From Cyanobium sp. M30B3 (GTDB lineage Bacteria > Cyanobacteriota > Cyanobacteriia > PCC-6307 > Cyanobiaceae), in contig CP073761.1 in NCBI GenBank assembly GCA_018399015.1, positions 3,010,465 to 3,074,464 on the forward strand: a DNA stretch of 64,000 nucleotides, written 5' to 3'. The position numbers and the translations under genes are program-made. The notes beneath the pieces were generated by a model. The model had not been told where the DNA came from, did no database searches, and saw only the letters and a program-made list of their open reading frames with translations. Of this stretch, positions 20,015 to 28,913 are shown in pieces. The first letter of the stretch is position 1; each line of letters opens with the position of its first letter.

Positions 20015-20991
20015 GTGCGGGAACAGGCAGGCCTTTTTCCGTCCGGATTGCCGGCAGGGCGCTGAGGGTCACCGGGGATGCGGGCACCGATGCGATCCGA
20101 CCCGCATTCGCAGGCGTGATCGAACCAGTGGGGCTTGAAAAAGCAGCCCTGCCAAGCCTGTGCGTGAGCGTGCTCCCGGATCCGGCATCAAAGCCCGGGT
20201 GGGCCGGATTGGAGATCGGATCCCATCGTGCTCCGGACGGTTGCCTTGCCATCCTTCGGCGCGGACCGTCGAGCGTCGAGCAGTTCATCCCGGGGGCAGA
20301 GCCGAGCCTGCTTTTGGAGGCATCGCCGGCTGCGCTGGCCAGTGGAGACCTGCGATCCCAACCGGCCCACCACGCACTCGCAGCCTGGCTGTCCGGTCCC
20401 CGGATGCAGATGGTCCACGCGGCAGCGGTGGCGCTCGATGGGCGGGCCGCGCTGTTCATCGGGGTTGGAGGACGCGGGAAAACCACAACTGCTCTGGTCT
20501 GTGCCCAGGCGGGATTCGGATTCCTTGGCGACGACCTCTGCGTGGTCGAGGCTGGAGATCCGGCGCGGGGAACTCCGCCAACAGTCCATGGCGTCTACGC
20601 GACATCGAAGCTGAATGTTGATTCCCGGCAACGCCTGCAGGCCAGCGACTGGCCGGTGCTCGGGATCACACCCAGCGGAAAATCTGCGGTCGCACTGCCC
20701 CCGCAGATCACCTTCCAACGCTCCGCCCGTCTGGTGGCGATCGTGGCAGTTCGGGCGGGCGACACCTCCGTCCCGCAGCCGCGTCGCCTCCCGCCGCGCC
20801 AGGCCATCCAGATGCTTGGTTCCACGGCCCTGCCAATCGCCAGCGGATCGGGCACCCCGGCACACTGGCTTTCCACCGCAGCGGCGCTGGTGCGGGAAGT
20901 CCCCGCATTCGAGCTCGGGCTTGACTGGGAACTGGATCGCGTCCTTTCGGCCGTGGCCGGGCTGTTGAAGCCCGGCGGCAACCAGGCATGA
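19984..20991 (+). CDS. HPr kinase-like P-loop protein, copy B
   Basis: VHAAAV..DGRAALFIGVGGRGKTTT (Walker A) is followed by GFLGDD. The start is either the ATG at 19984 or, more likely, the GTG at 20011, which overlaps the PqqD-like stop (GTGA). Confidence 0.72.
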   Translation: MASPPGREGVSAGTGRPFSVRIAGRALRVTGDAGTDAIRPAFAGVIEPVGLEKAALPSLCVSVLPDPASKPGWAGLEIGSHRAPDGCLAILRRGPSSVEQFIPGAEPSLLLEASPAALASGDLRSQPAHHALAAWLSGPRMQMVHAAAVALDGRAALFIGVGGRGKTTTALVCAQAGFGFLGDDLCVVEAGDPARGTPPTVHGVYATSKLNVDSRQRLQASDWPVLGITPSGKSAVALPPQITFQRSARLVAIVAVRAGDTSVPQPRRLPPRQAIQMLGSTALPIASGSGTPAHWLSTAAALVREVPAFELGLDWELDRVLSAVAGLLKPGGNQA

Positions 20992-22088
20992 ACCCGACCC
21001 CACCCTTCGACACGCCGGTGGTGGTCATCCTGTTCAACCGACCGCACCGCATCCACGAACTGATTGGCGTCCTGCGCGACGTACGACCCGCCCGGATCCT
21101 GGCGATTGCCGACGGTCCACGGGCCTCTCACCCGGCTGATGCCGCCGCCTGCAGCCAGGCCAGGGCCGTCCTCGACGGAATCGACTGGCCCTGTTCGATC
21201 GAACGCGAGTTCGTGGAAGCCAACCTCGGCTGCGACCGCCGCATCGTCTCCGGACTCGACTGGGCCTTCTCCCGCGTTGATCGCGCCATCGTCCTCGAGG
21301 ACGACATCCTTCCTCACCCCAGCTTCCTTCCGTGGGCAGCAAGCATGCTCGATCGCTTTGGGCCCGATCCCTCGATTGGCATCATCTCCGGCCGGAACCC
21401 GCTCGGGACGTGGGGTGACGCCACCCAGGACCACATACGCGCTCCATACGGCAGCATCTGGGGATGGGCGGCCACGGCACGGGTGTGGCGCCATATCCAT
21501 GCCTGCGACCTCAGCGGTGACCCAGCAAGTGCCGAGGCAGATCTCCAACGGAGCGGACTCGATCCGCTGCTGCAAGCCCACTGGACGGTCGCGCTGAAGA
21601 TGTTCCGCCGGGGCGAACTTGTGGCCTGGGATGTCCTCTTCTCACTCCGGCAAGCGATGCTCGGCCTTCACTCCATCCACTCACCCGTCAACCTGACCCG
21701 GAACACAGGCATAGGGGCCGAAGCCACCCGCACGCTCTACGAGGATGACTTCAGCGCATTGCTCAAAGCCCGGGAGGCGAGACCCCTGCAATCACCGGGA
21801 ACGGTTTACCAGCCAGAGCAGGCATTCGCCCGCGCTGCACTCACTGTTCAACTTCTCGCCCGATGCCGGAACCCGACGATGGCAGTCAGGCTCGCACGGA
21901 TGATCCAGCGCGGAACGCCGGTGCCACTCGATGAAGCAACCCGTCATCATCTGACGCCATTCCTCCACGCCCTCGAATCGCTCCCGCTGCTCGAGCACCT
22001 CGCGGATCAGGGCATGACTTCTCCGACATTTGACTGTTTGCTCGGGGCGATGCGGAAACTTGCCGCCAGCAGCCAGCCCAGCCCATGA
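20988..22088 (+). CDS. Putative glycosyltransferase (GT-A fold, GNT-I/HlpA-like)
   Basis: VVVILFNRPHRIHELIGVL, ILAIADGPR, and an IVLEDDILPHPSF acidic motif are present. ATGA overlap with the preceding gene. Confidence 0.55.
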   Translation: MNPTPPFDTPVVVILFNRPHRIHELIGVLRDVRPARILAIADGPRASHPADAAACSQARAVLDGIDWPCSIEREFVEANLGCDRRIVSGLDWAFSRVDRAIVLEDDILPHPSFLPWAASMLDRFGPDPSIGIISGRNPLGTWGDATQDHIRAPYGSIWGWAATARVWRHIHACDLSGDPASAEADLQRSGLDPLLQAHWTVALKMFRRGELVAWDVLFSLRQAMLGLHSIHSPVNLTRNTGIGAEATRTLYEDDFSALLKAREARPLQSPGTVYQPEQAFARAALTVQLLARCRNPTMAVRLARMIQRGTPVPLDEATRHHLTPFLHALESLPLLEHLADQGMTSPTFDCLLGAMRKLAASSQPSP

Positions 22089-22771
22089 ACCACCTAGTTC
22101 CCGTCTCCGTCATTGTTCCCGTACGCAACGCGGCTGCCCATCTCGCTGCAGCCCTCGCCAGTGTCCAATCGCAGCAACCCGCTCCCGCCGAGGTGATCGT
22201 CATCGATGGAGGATCCACCGACGACAGCGTCGCCATCGCGCGTGCCCACGCAATCCGGGTGATCGCCCAGGAGGGTCGGGGCCTCGCGGCGGCGCGGAAT
22301 CAAGCGATCCGCGCAAGCCAGCAGCCGAACATCGCGTTCTGCGACGGCGATGATCGCTGGGCACCGGGCGCGCTCGCCCGCCGGATGGACGCGCTGGCGA
22401 CGAACCCTCAAGCCTGGGTGGTTATCGGCCGGGTGATACGCGAACAACTCGCCAATACCGAGGCCTCCGCGGCGCAACTCGAACAAGTCGGCCGCCCGGT
22501 CCCAGGATTCACTCCGGGTGCCATGGTTGCTCGCCGAAAGACTTTCGAAGAAATCGGGTTCTTCGACGAGACTCTAAAGATCAGCGGCGACAGTGACTGG
22601 TTCATCCGTCTCCAGGAATCGCCCCGACCTGCCATCCGGATTGAGGATGTCGTCCTCTACAAGGGCGCACGAATGACTAGCCTCTCCGGCAACGTTGAGG
22701 CCTATCGCCTCGAACTCCTGACTGTGGCGCGCCGGTTTATCGGGCGAAGCCGGGGACAACCATTGCCATGA
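22085..22771 (+). CDS. Family 2 glycosyltransferase
   Basis: VSVIVPVRNAAAHL, EVIVIDGGSTDDS, FCDGDD are present. ATGA overlap at both ends. Confidence 0.85.
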   Translation: MNHLVPVSVIVPVRNAAAHLAAALASVQSQQPAPAEVIVIDGGSTDDSVAIARAHAIRVIAQEGRGLAAARNQAIRASQQPNIAFCDGDDRWAPGALARRMDALATNPQAWVVIGRVIREQLANTEASAAQLEQVGRPVPGFTPGAMVARRKTFEEIGFFDETLKISGDSDWFIRLQESPRPAIRIEDVVLYKGARMTSLSGNVEAYRLELLTVARRFIGRSRGQPLP

Positions 22772-24189
22772 AGCTCCTGCACATCATCCCTCGATTCATC
22801 GGCGGAGGCCCGGAGCGTCATCTGCTTGCCTTGGCTGAAGCCTGGCGGTCCGCTGGCCTGCAGACCCGCCAACGCATCCTCGTCCTCGACCCGCCTGCAT
22901 CGGCGCCACTCCTGATCAAGGCCCGACGTCTCGGAATCGAACTCCTGATTGCGCCCGATCTGTCCGCTATCCGGAACGCGATCGCCGAGGCTGACATCGT
23001 TGAGGTGGAGTTCTGGAATCACCCTCGCCTCCATGACCTCCTGCGTCAGGAACTGCCACAGGCACGCTGGATCCTGAGAAGTGCCGTAGCCGGCACCACA
23101 CCACCCCAGGTCCTGACCGAAGCAATCGGATCCGTCGCCGACATGGTGATCGTATCAACTGATGCAAGCCTGCAGACGCCGGCTGTCTGCGAAGCACGGG
23201 CAAGGAATTGCCGCCTCGAATCCATCCCTGCCCTGGCAGATATGAAACGCCTGGAAGGAATCACGGCCAGCCCTCACGTAGGCATCCGGGTCGGTTACCT
23301 CGGGCTCGTGGAACCCACCAAGATGCATCCGCGCTTCGCCAGGCTGGCTGCGCACATCACGAACCCGGAGGTTCAAATCGAGATTTATGGAGGGGGCTCC
23401 TGGAAGGCGGAACTTCAACAGCAGTTCGAAGGATTAGGGATGTCGGATCGAGTGAGGTTTCATGGCCACGTTGAGGACATTCGATCCGCCTTCGCCACGA
23501 TGGATATCTTCGGGTATCCGCTCGTCCCGGAAACATTTGCGACCAGCGAAAAGACAATCCAGGAGGCCATGTGGGCGGGAATTCCTCCGGTCGTCCTCGC
23601 CGGCACCGGTGCCACCCTGTTGGTCCAGCATGAACACACCGGACTCGTCTGCGAACACGAAGCGGACTACCCACATGCGATCGATCGCCTCGCCGGGGAT
23701 CCGATCCTGCGCCGACGGCTCGGCGAGGCAGCACATGCCTTCGCCAGAGAGACATTTGACCCTGTTCGCAACGCAGCACGGTTCCACGAGATCTTTGAAA
23801 CCGCGCTATCCCTTCGGAAGCGACCGCACGTCCCCCTGCCAGGACGCGATGCCCCCGGAGCACTGCGGTTTGTGCAAAGCCTCGGGATGCTCGGCCATGC
23901 CTTCCAAACCAGCCTGATGGCCGACACTTCGCTCTCGAAGGACCAGATTGGAGCCGCCGAAGACGCGATCCGCCATGCGTCCCCCGTCATGACGCAGGGC
24001 GAAGGCGGCATCGTCCACTATCGCAACACCTATCCCCAGGATCCTCATCTCCACTACTGGTGCGGATTGATTTCGCTGCAAGCCGGAAACTGGGATGGAG
24101 CCCGCCGGGAATTCGACGCAGCCATCCAACTCGGGTTGGACCGCGCCCGGGTCCAGGACCACCTCCCGAACCCAGCCCATGCAGCTTGA
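22768..24189 (+). CDS. Family 4 (GT-B) glycosyltransferase with a C-terminal helical (TPR-like) extension
   Basis: MKLLHIIPRFIGGGPERHLL, and the E-x7-E region ATSEKTIQEAMWAGIPPVV are present. The C-terminal extension of about 100 aa contains YWCGLISLQAGNWDGARREFDAAIQLG. Confidence 0.78.
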   Translation: MKLLHIIPRFIGGGPERHLLALAEAWRSAGLQTRQRILVLDPPASAPLLIKARRLGIELLIAPDLSAIRNAIAEADIVEVEFWNHPRLHDLLRQELPQARWILRSAVAGTTPPQVLTEAIGSVADMVIVSTDASLQTPAVCEARARNCRLESIPALADMKRLEGITASPHVGIRVGYLGLVEPTKMHPRFARLAAHITNPEVQIEIYGGGSWKAELQQQFEGLGMSDRVRFHGHVEDIRSAFATMDIFGYPLVPETFATSEKTIQEAMWAGIPPVVLAGTGATLLVQHEHTGLVCEHEADYPHAIDRLAGDPILRRRLGEAAHAFARETFDPVRNAARFHEIFETALSLRKRPHVPLPGRDAPGALRFVQSLGMLGHAFQTSLMADTSLSKDQIGAAEDAIRHASPVMTQGEGGIVHYRNTYPQDPHLHYWCGLISLQAGNWDGARREFDAAIQLGLDRARVQDHLPNPAHAA

Positions 24190-25093
24190 TCAAGGGATTG
24201 GTGCCGCTCACGGTCAGGTGTGGCGAGGACCAGAGCCCAATCGCCAGCACAGACTCCTCCTGACCGCCTGCCGCGAACCCACCGAGGCCGCTCTGGCAGC
24301 CTGGAACCGTTGGATCCAGACATGCCGCTTCAATGATCAGGACCCAGCCAGCTTCGAACTCGCCTCGCTGGCGGTCGGACGGCTCGGCGCACTGGCAGGG
24401 GAGGGATCAGAGGCTGTCCGCTGCCGCGGTTGGACCCGTCGCGCCTCTTTCTTCTCCAGGATGGCAACCGAGGCCACTGAGCGGCTGCAGGAAGCATCCC
24501 TTCGCCTTGGCCTGCCTCTGATCGGAGTCGGGGATATCGCGACCTTCAGAGCCGGCCTTCAGTTCTCAGGCCGTCCATTTCCGGTGCGATCCCTCGAATT
24601 TCACGTCCCTGGCGCCTCGAAAGACGACCTCAGGCAACTCCACGCCGCGGCCATGCAAGGGGCTGCCGGCGAAGCCATCCGCACCCGACGGCTCGCGTTG
24701 ATCCTCCGCCCGGACGCCAGGCACCCAGACGTCACCACACCCGCCGGACACATCGTGTGGCTCGCCAATCGCAACTGGTGTCGCTTTCCACCCGGCCGGA
24801 TCCGCTGGATCCTTGAGGTCGCTGCAATTCTGGAGTCAGCTGCCGAACCCGACATGCTGCCCCTTCAGGTCGTCGGTGAAGCATGTCGGATCGAGGCCAT
24901 CGCCGCAGTGGCCGAAGCCTTCCGCTGGATCCATGCCACGAGCCACGATCGCCGGCAACTGGATGCCCTTGTCACGGCCCTCTCTGCGCAACCCACTTCC
25001 TGCAGCTCCCGGATACGGCTCTGGCACGCTCGGCACCAGATCGGACTTGGCCTGCGGCCCCGTTACTCCCGGTATCTTCAACAAGCGCGGTAA
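24179..25093 (+). CDS. NTP_transf_5-like protein, degenerate subfamily
   Basis: Trimmed to the ATG at 24179. The N-terminus HRLLLTACREPTEAALAAWNRW parallels EHRLLLRAAFGTPTVAKDAWQEW of 15044-16009. The D-x-D position reads SLEFHV. Confidence 0.5.
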   Translation: MQLDQGIGAAHGQVWRGPEPNRQHRLLLTACREPTEAALAAWNRWIQTCRFNDQDPASFELASLAVGRLGALAGEGSEAVRCRGWTRRASFFSRMATEATERLQEASLRLGLPLIGVGDIATFRAGLQFSGRPFPVRSLEFHVPGASKDDLRQLHAAAMQGAAGEAIRTRRLALILRPDARHPDVTTPAGHIVWLANRNWCRFPPGRIRWILEVAAILESAAEPDMLPLQVVGEACRIEAIAAVAEAFRWIHATSHDRRQLDALVTALSAQPTSCSSRIRLWHARHQIGLGLRPRYSRYLQQAR

Positions 25094-25100
25094 GGGGTTG

Positions 25101-25401
25101 TCATGCATCCCTGCTTAGAGAGCCTGTCTCAGAGACGCGTGAGCTTTCCAATAGCGCTCCAGAGTGCGGCGCAACCCCTCGTCCAACAACGTCGATGAGC
25201 TCCACCCCGGCCACACCAGAACGCGAATGGCAGGCAGGCAAGCACGAAAGCCTCGGGCCGAAGCTGAAGATGATCAGCCCAGGGGCCTCCCACATCGAAG
25301 AACAGGGTTTCCGTCGGTCGTTTTGCCTGCTCCCAGATCACCTGGGCGGCTGCGCGTCGACCAACAGGTGAATCCTCCAGCCTCAGGTTGCTGATACGCA
25401 T
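25101..25401 (-). pseudogene. Frameshifted, truncated remnant of a paralog of the PP-loop protein gene next door
   Basis: ORF 25129-25401 (RISNLRLEDSP..RRAAAQVI...LFFDVGG...PEAFVLACLPFAFWCG) parallels the first 70 or so aa of 25414-26565 (RIELRQLRRP..RLEAVVL...IWLETDG...ADAFLPILVPAAMASG). The similarity continues in another frame (GVELIDVV... vs GLPLRIDAPV...) and stops before any PP-loop. Confidence 0.4.
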
Positions 25402-25413
25402 GGAAGCCCAGCC

Positions 25414-26565
25414 TCAGGCACGTAGGCAAGCGAGGCCGCGAACCGCCAAGTGCCGTAACGCCTTGGCGGGATGGCGACGACCCTGCCTCACAAGCAGTTG
25501 ATCGACAGCAGCCAGCAGCTCCGGATCCCTGCCAGTAGTGATGAGGTGATCGCGCAGAACGAAGAAACGGTTGAGCATGGCTGATGAAACGATCTGAACC
25601 CTGGTTAACGACTGAAGATCGAGAGGCTCAGCAAAGGTAGGCCAGTCGTACTCGGCACAGAAGCCCCGCAACACAGCCTGAGTGGCAAGGCACTTGCGAC
25701 AGCAACAGCAATTAAGCTGGGGCCGATTAGGCTGCCAACACACTCTCAGATGCTGGCGGGCCAAAGTCCAAGGCGCGATCGCCACGGCTTTGCTGACACG
25801 ATCTTCCACGATCGTGTCATGACACAGCTCAAGACCGGGGATGGACCAAAGGCTCTCCAGTCCGGGATGGCTGCCAAACGGGGAAAGGAACGGCAGAGAA
25901 TATGAGGAAGGAATAATCACTCTGCTCAGATGCGGGCTTAACAACAAGGCCATAGCAGCCAAAGCACCACCACACTGATGCTGCTCCCAGCTCACCCAGC
26001 GATCGCTGAAGGCGCGTAGATTGGTGCGCAGAATAAGCAGGGATACGCCGGTATCAGCCGCCACCCTGAGGAGACTGCTGCGCACCAGATCTGCCTTAGC
26101 GTGCTCCGTCAAAAGAATATCAAAACCATGCACAAAGAGCAGATACTTCAGCTGGCCGCGAAAGATCTGGAATGTGCGGAACGAGTCGAGGCCACCGGAG
26201 AAGAAAGCGCCTCCCCAACCAGGTTCGGAACTGATCGCGGGCGACGCACTCTCTGCAGACGTCTCAAGCTCCAGTTCCGACCAATGTGGGTGCCAGCTGG
26301 CAAGCACATGGGACACCCGGTGTGCGGCCACGACCACCTCAGCCGAGACGGGCGCATCAATCCTCAAGGGCAGTCCGGAAGCCATCGCCGCCGGCACCAG
26401 AATCGGCAGGAAGGCATCGGCGCTCAACGGAACGGGAAGACCGTCGGTCTCCAGCCAGATCAGCTGTCGGCGCCCCCCTGCCAGCACAACCGCCTCCAGG
26501 CGATTATTGGCGGGACGACGAAGCTGCCTCAGTTCAATGCGGGCTCGAGCGGGGAACAGGGGCAT
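25414..26565 (-). CDS. PP-loop (SGGxDS) ATP-pyrophosphatase-fold protein of unknown specificity
   Basis: GGAFFSGGLDSFRTF is the PP-loop of the adenine-nucleotide alpha-hydrolase superfamily. The C-terminal Cys cluster is LNCCCCRKCLATQ. It starts 4 nt after the pyruvyl transferase stop. Confidence 0.6.
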   Translation of the reverse strand: MPLFPARARIELRQLRRPANNRLEAVVLAGGRRQLIWLETDGLPVPLSADAFLPILVPAAMASGLPLRIDAPVSAEVVVAAHRVSHVLASWHPHWSELELETSAESASPAISSEPGWGGAFFSGGLDSFRTFQIFRGQLKYLLFVHGFDILLTEHAKADLVRSSLLRVAADTGVSLLILRTNLRAFSDRWVSWEQHQCGGALAAMALLLSPHLSRVIIPSSYSLPFLSPFGSHPGLESLWSIPGLELCHDTIVEDRVSKAVAIAPWTLARQHLRVCWQPNRPQLNCCCCRKCLATQAVLRGFCAEYDWPTFAEPLDLQSLTRVQIVSSAMLNRFFVLRDHLITTGRDPELLAAVDQLLVRQGRRHPAKALRHLAVRGLACLRA

Positions 26566-26569
26566 CCGT

Positions 26570-27700
26570 TCAGGTGGATCTCACCGGAACGCGCGGATCG
26601 TGGTGGGCAATCTGGCGCAGGCGTTGCCGTAAATCATCCGCCACGACGGGCTGGGCCTCAGGCAGCCAGGCTCCCCAGGTGCGCAGAAAGCTGTGGACCT
26701 TGCCCGTTCGGTTATCGAGTGCCAGAGAGGGGATCCCCAGCAGACTGGCCAGAATCACGGCATGGAGCCGGTCGGTGATCACCAGCTCCCGCCCCGCCAA
26801 TTGGTGGACGGCTAGGTGCACCATCCCCAGGCTGAGACGATGGAGCGAGGAGCGCTGGGCCCTGCATCGCCACTCTGGCGGCAGTTGTCGCAACCATTGA
26901 TGGCGCATCAGGGCAGTCTTGGGGTGAAGCAGCCGGCGCTGAAATATCTCCCGCACACCTGTAGCTGCGGATCGACTGCAGGGGAGCCGACGATCCCCCC
27001 AGATCCAGCCACGCTCCAAGGGCAGCCAATCGCTGCACTCCACCGGCCAGGGGGAGGAATCCAGCGACCCTTGCCAGCCGCCGGCTGCCAGCTCGCGGTC
27101 GCCGCGTGCCAACGCCAGCCATGGTCGCCGCAGTGACTGAGCCGTTGGTGCATCGAGGCACAGAGCTTCCTTGGGCAGGCTGAAGGCCATGTCCGGCGCC
27201 AGCAGCAGCCGACACCCACTGAAGTGGCGCCGGGCCAGCTCGAAGCTGGGCCGATCCCTCAGCACCAGGGTCAGGTCGGGATGGCCCTGCAGGACAGCGG
27301 CGGCACGACCCAGACTGGCTGGATCATGAAAATCCGCACTCTGGGAGAGGATCACCAGCGGATTGCACCGATGGCCATTCACCACCCGCTCGATGAAAGC
27401 CCCCAGATGTGGCCAGGCATCCCCCAGCTGCCCGCCGCCACTGAGCACGATCGGTCCATCGCCGATGGCGCGCTCCAGTGCCCTTGGGCAGTAGCGGTCA
27501 GGCGAGGCGACGTAACGAACAGGAATCTGCAGAAGCTGCTCGATTGCGTGGAGCTGGCCAATCCAGATCAGATGATCTCCGAGATTGCCGTGACTGGGAT
27601 GGTTCAGCAGCGCGCAGCCATGCGCCCCCGCCAGGCTCGGTATCTCCGCCAACCGCTGCAGCAGCAGAGATCCCAGGTCGACAGGTGGGGGAAGAGCCAT
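26570..27700 (-). CDS. Polysaccharide pyruvyl transferase family protein
   Basis: Trimmed to the ATG at 27698-27700 (MALPPPVD). HGNLGDHLIW, VLSGGGQLGD and LVITDRLHAVILASLLGIP are typical PS_pyruv_trans motifs. Confidence 0.75.
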   Translation of the reverse strand: MALPPPVDLGSLLLQRLAEIPSLAGAHGCALLNHPSHGNLGDHLIWIGQLHAIEQLLQIPVRYVASPDRYCPRALERAIGDGPIVLSGGGQLGDAWPHLGAFIERVVNGHRCNPLVILSQSADFHDPASLGRAAAVLQGHPDLTLVLRDRPSFELARRHFSGCRLLLAPDMAFSLPKEALCLDAPTAQSLRRPWLALARGDRELAAGGWQGSLDSSPWPVECSDWLPLERGWIWGDRRLPCSRSAATGVREIFQRRLLHPKTALMRHQWLRQLPPEWRCRAQRSSLHRLSLGMVHLAVHQLAGRELVITDRLHAVILASLLGIPSLALDNRTGKVHSFLRTWGAWLPEAQPVVADDLRQRLRQIAHHDPRVPVRST

Positions 27701-27739
27701 GCAAACACTCTGCCGGCATGCGCGCCTCAGCCCTGAGAG

Positions 27740-28687
27740 ATGGCCAACAGTGGTGCCGGGACCAATCCAGCCCCGCAGGCGAGCGTGGTGGTGATGACCT
27801 TCAACCGCCCCGATGGCCTGCGCCGCTGCCTGGCTTCCCTCGCCGCCCAGAGCCTTGATTCCCAGAGCTTTGAGGTGGTGGTGGTGGATGTCTCTTCGCC
27901 GCCAATGGATCAGGTGCTGGCGCCGTTCCGGCAACGGCTTCAGCTCAGCCACCAGCCTGCACCCAATCGCGGCGTGGCAGCGAACCGCAATCTGGGGGCC
28001 GAGCGGGCACGCGGTGAGGTGCTGGCCTTCCTCGACGACGACTGCATCGCCAGCCCCACCTGGCTGGCGGAGCTGGTGACAGTGGTACAGCGCGACCCAA
28101 ACGTCCTGGTCGGCGCGCCCACGGTGCATCCGGCCCCGGAAACCGCATCAGCCGCCGCAGGACAGGTGATCACCGAGCTGGTGGATGGCTTCTTCAATCC
28201 GCCGGGGGAGGAACCCGGCTTCCTGCCAGGCCTCAACTTCGCCCTGAACCGTAAACGCTTCCTTGAGCTGGGAGGCTGCGACCCTCGCTTCGGCTTCCTA
28301 GCTGCGGAGGACCGCGACTTCATCGATCGCTGGCAACGGGCGGGCGGGCGCCTTGAGCTGAACCAGGGCACCCAGGTGCGCCATGAGCACCGTGCCTCAC
28401 TACGGGGTTTTGTGCGTCAGTACTTCAACTACGGCCGAGGCGCCTGGCATTTTCACAGGCTGCGACGGGAGCGCGCAGATGGCCGGCTGTGGAGTGACGC
28501 CCGCTTGCACATGGCCTGGCCGCTGCGTCTGGCACAACCGATGCGCCAGGTGGAGCCAGGCCTGCGCCTCCAGGTGTTGCTGCTGATCGCCGTCTGGCAG
28601 CTGGCGAATCTGGCAGGGTTTCTGTGGCAGGCAGGACGTGGTTCAGCGCCCAGGGCTACCGGCGCCGCGATGTCCATCCCCATCTGA
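27740..28687 (+). CDS. Family 2 glycosyltransferase
   Basis: ASVVVMTFNRPDGLRRCLASLAAQ, VVVVDV, NRGVAANRNLG, LAFLDDDC are present. It is a paralog of 47658-48611. Confidence 0.85.
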   Translation: MANSGAGTNPAPQASVVVMTFNRPDGLRRCLASLAAQSLDSQSFEVVVVDVSSPPMDQVLAPFRQRLQLSHQPAPNRGVAANRNLGAERARGEVLAFLDDDCIASPTWLAELVTVVQRDPNVLVGAPTVHPAPETASAAAGQVITELVDGFFNPPGEEPGFLPGLNFALNRKRFLELGGCDPRFGFLAAEDRDFIDRWQRAGGRLELNQGTQVRHEHRASLRGFVRQYFNYGRGAWHFHRLRRERADGRLWSDARLHMAWPLRLAQPMRQVEPGLRLQVLLLIAVWQLANLAGFLWQAGRGSAPRATGAAMSIPI

Positions 28688-28913
28688 TGCGCCTGGTCGA
28701 CCTGCACCGCCCGCTGCTGGCCGGCTGGTCGACAGTGCCCGCCCAGACGCTATCCGCGCTTGCGCAGGCCCTGCTGGCAGCACCTGAAACCATGCTCTCC
28801 CCGATGATCGACCCCTGAGTGCTGCACGGCTGGCGGGGCGCATCGCACGGCAAATCAGGCACGAACGGACACACCAATAAGGGGGTACACAAAAGTTTCG
28901 GCAAGACATGAAC

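Noticed and set aside
13133-25093. A classical lasso-peptide (or other known RiPP) biosynthetic gene cluster
   Set aside because: PqqD-like, HprK-like kinase, nucleotidyltransferase and sulfotransferase genes are all known lasso tailoring partners. However, I recognise no Asn-synthetase-like cyclase of the right size, no transglutaminase-like leader peptidase, no radical-SAM/YcaO/LanM-type enzyme and no convincing precursor ORF. It is reported as an unexplained system and not as a lasso cluster.
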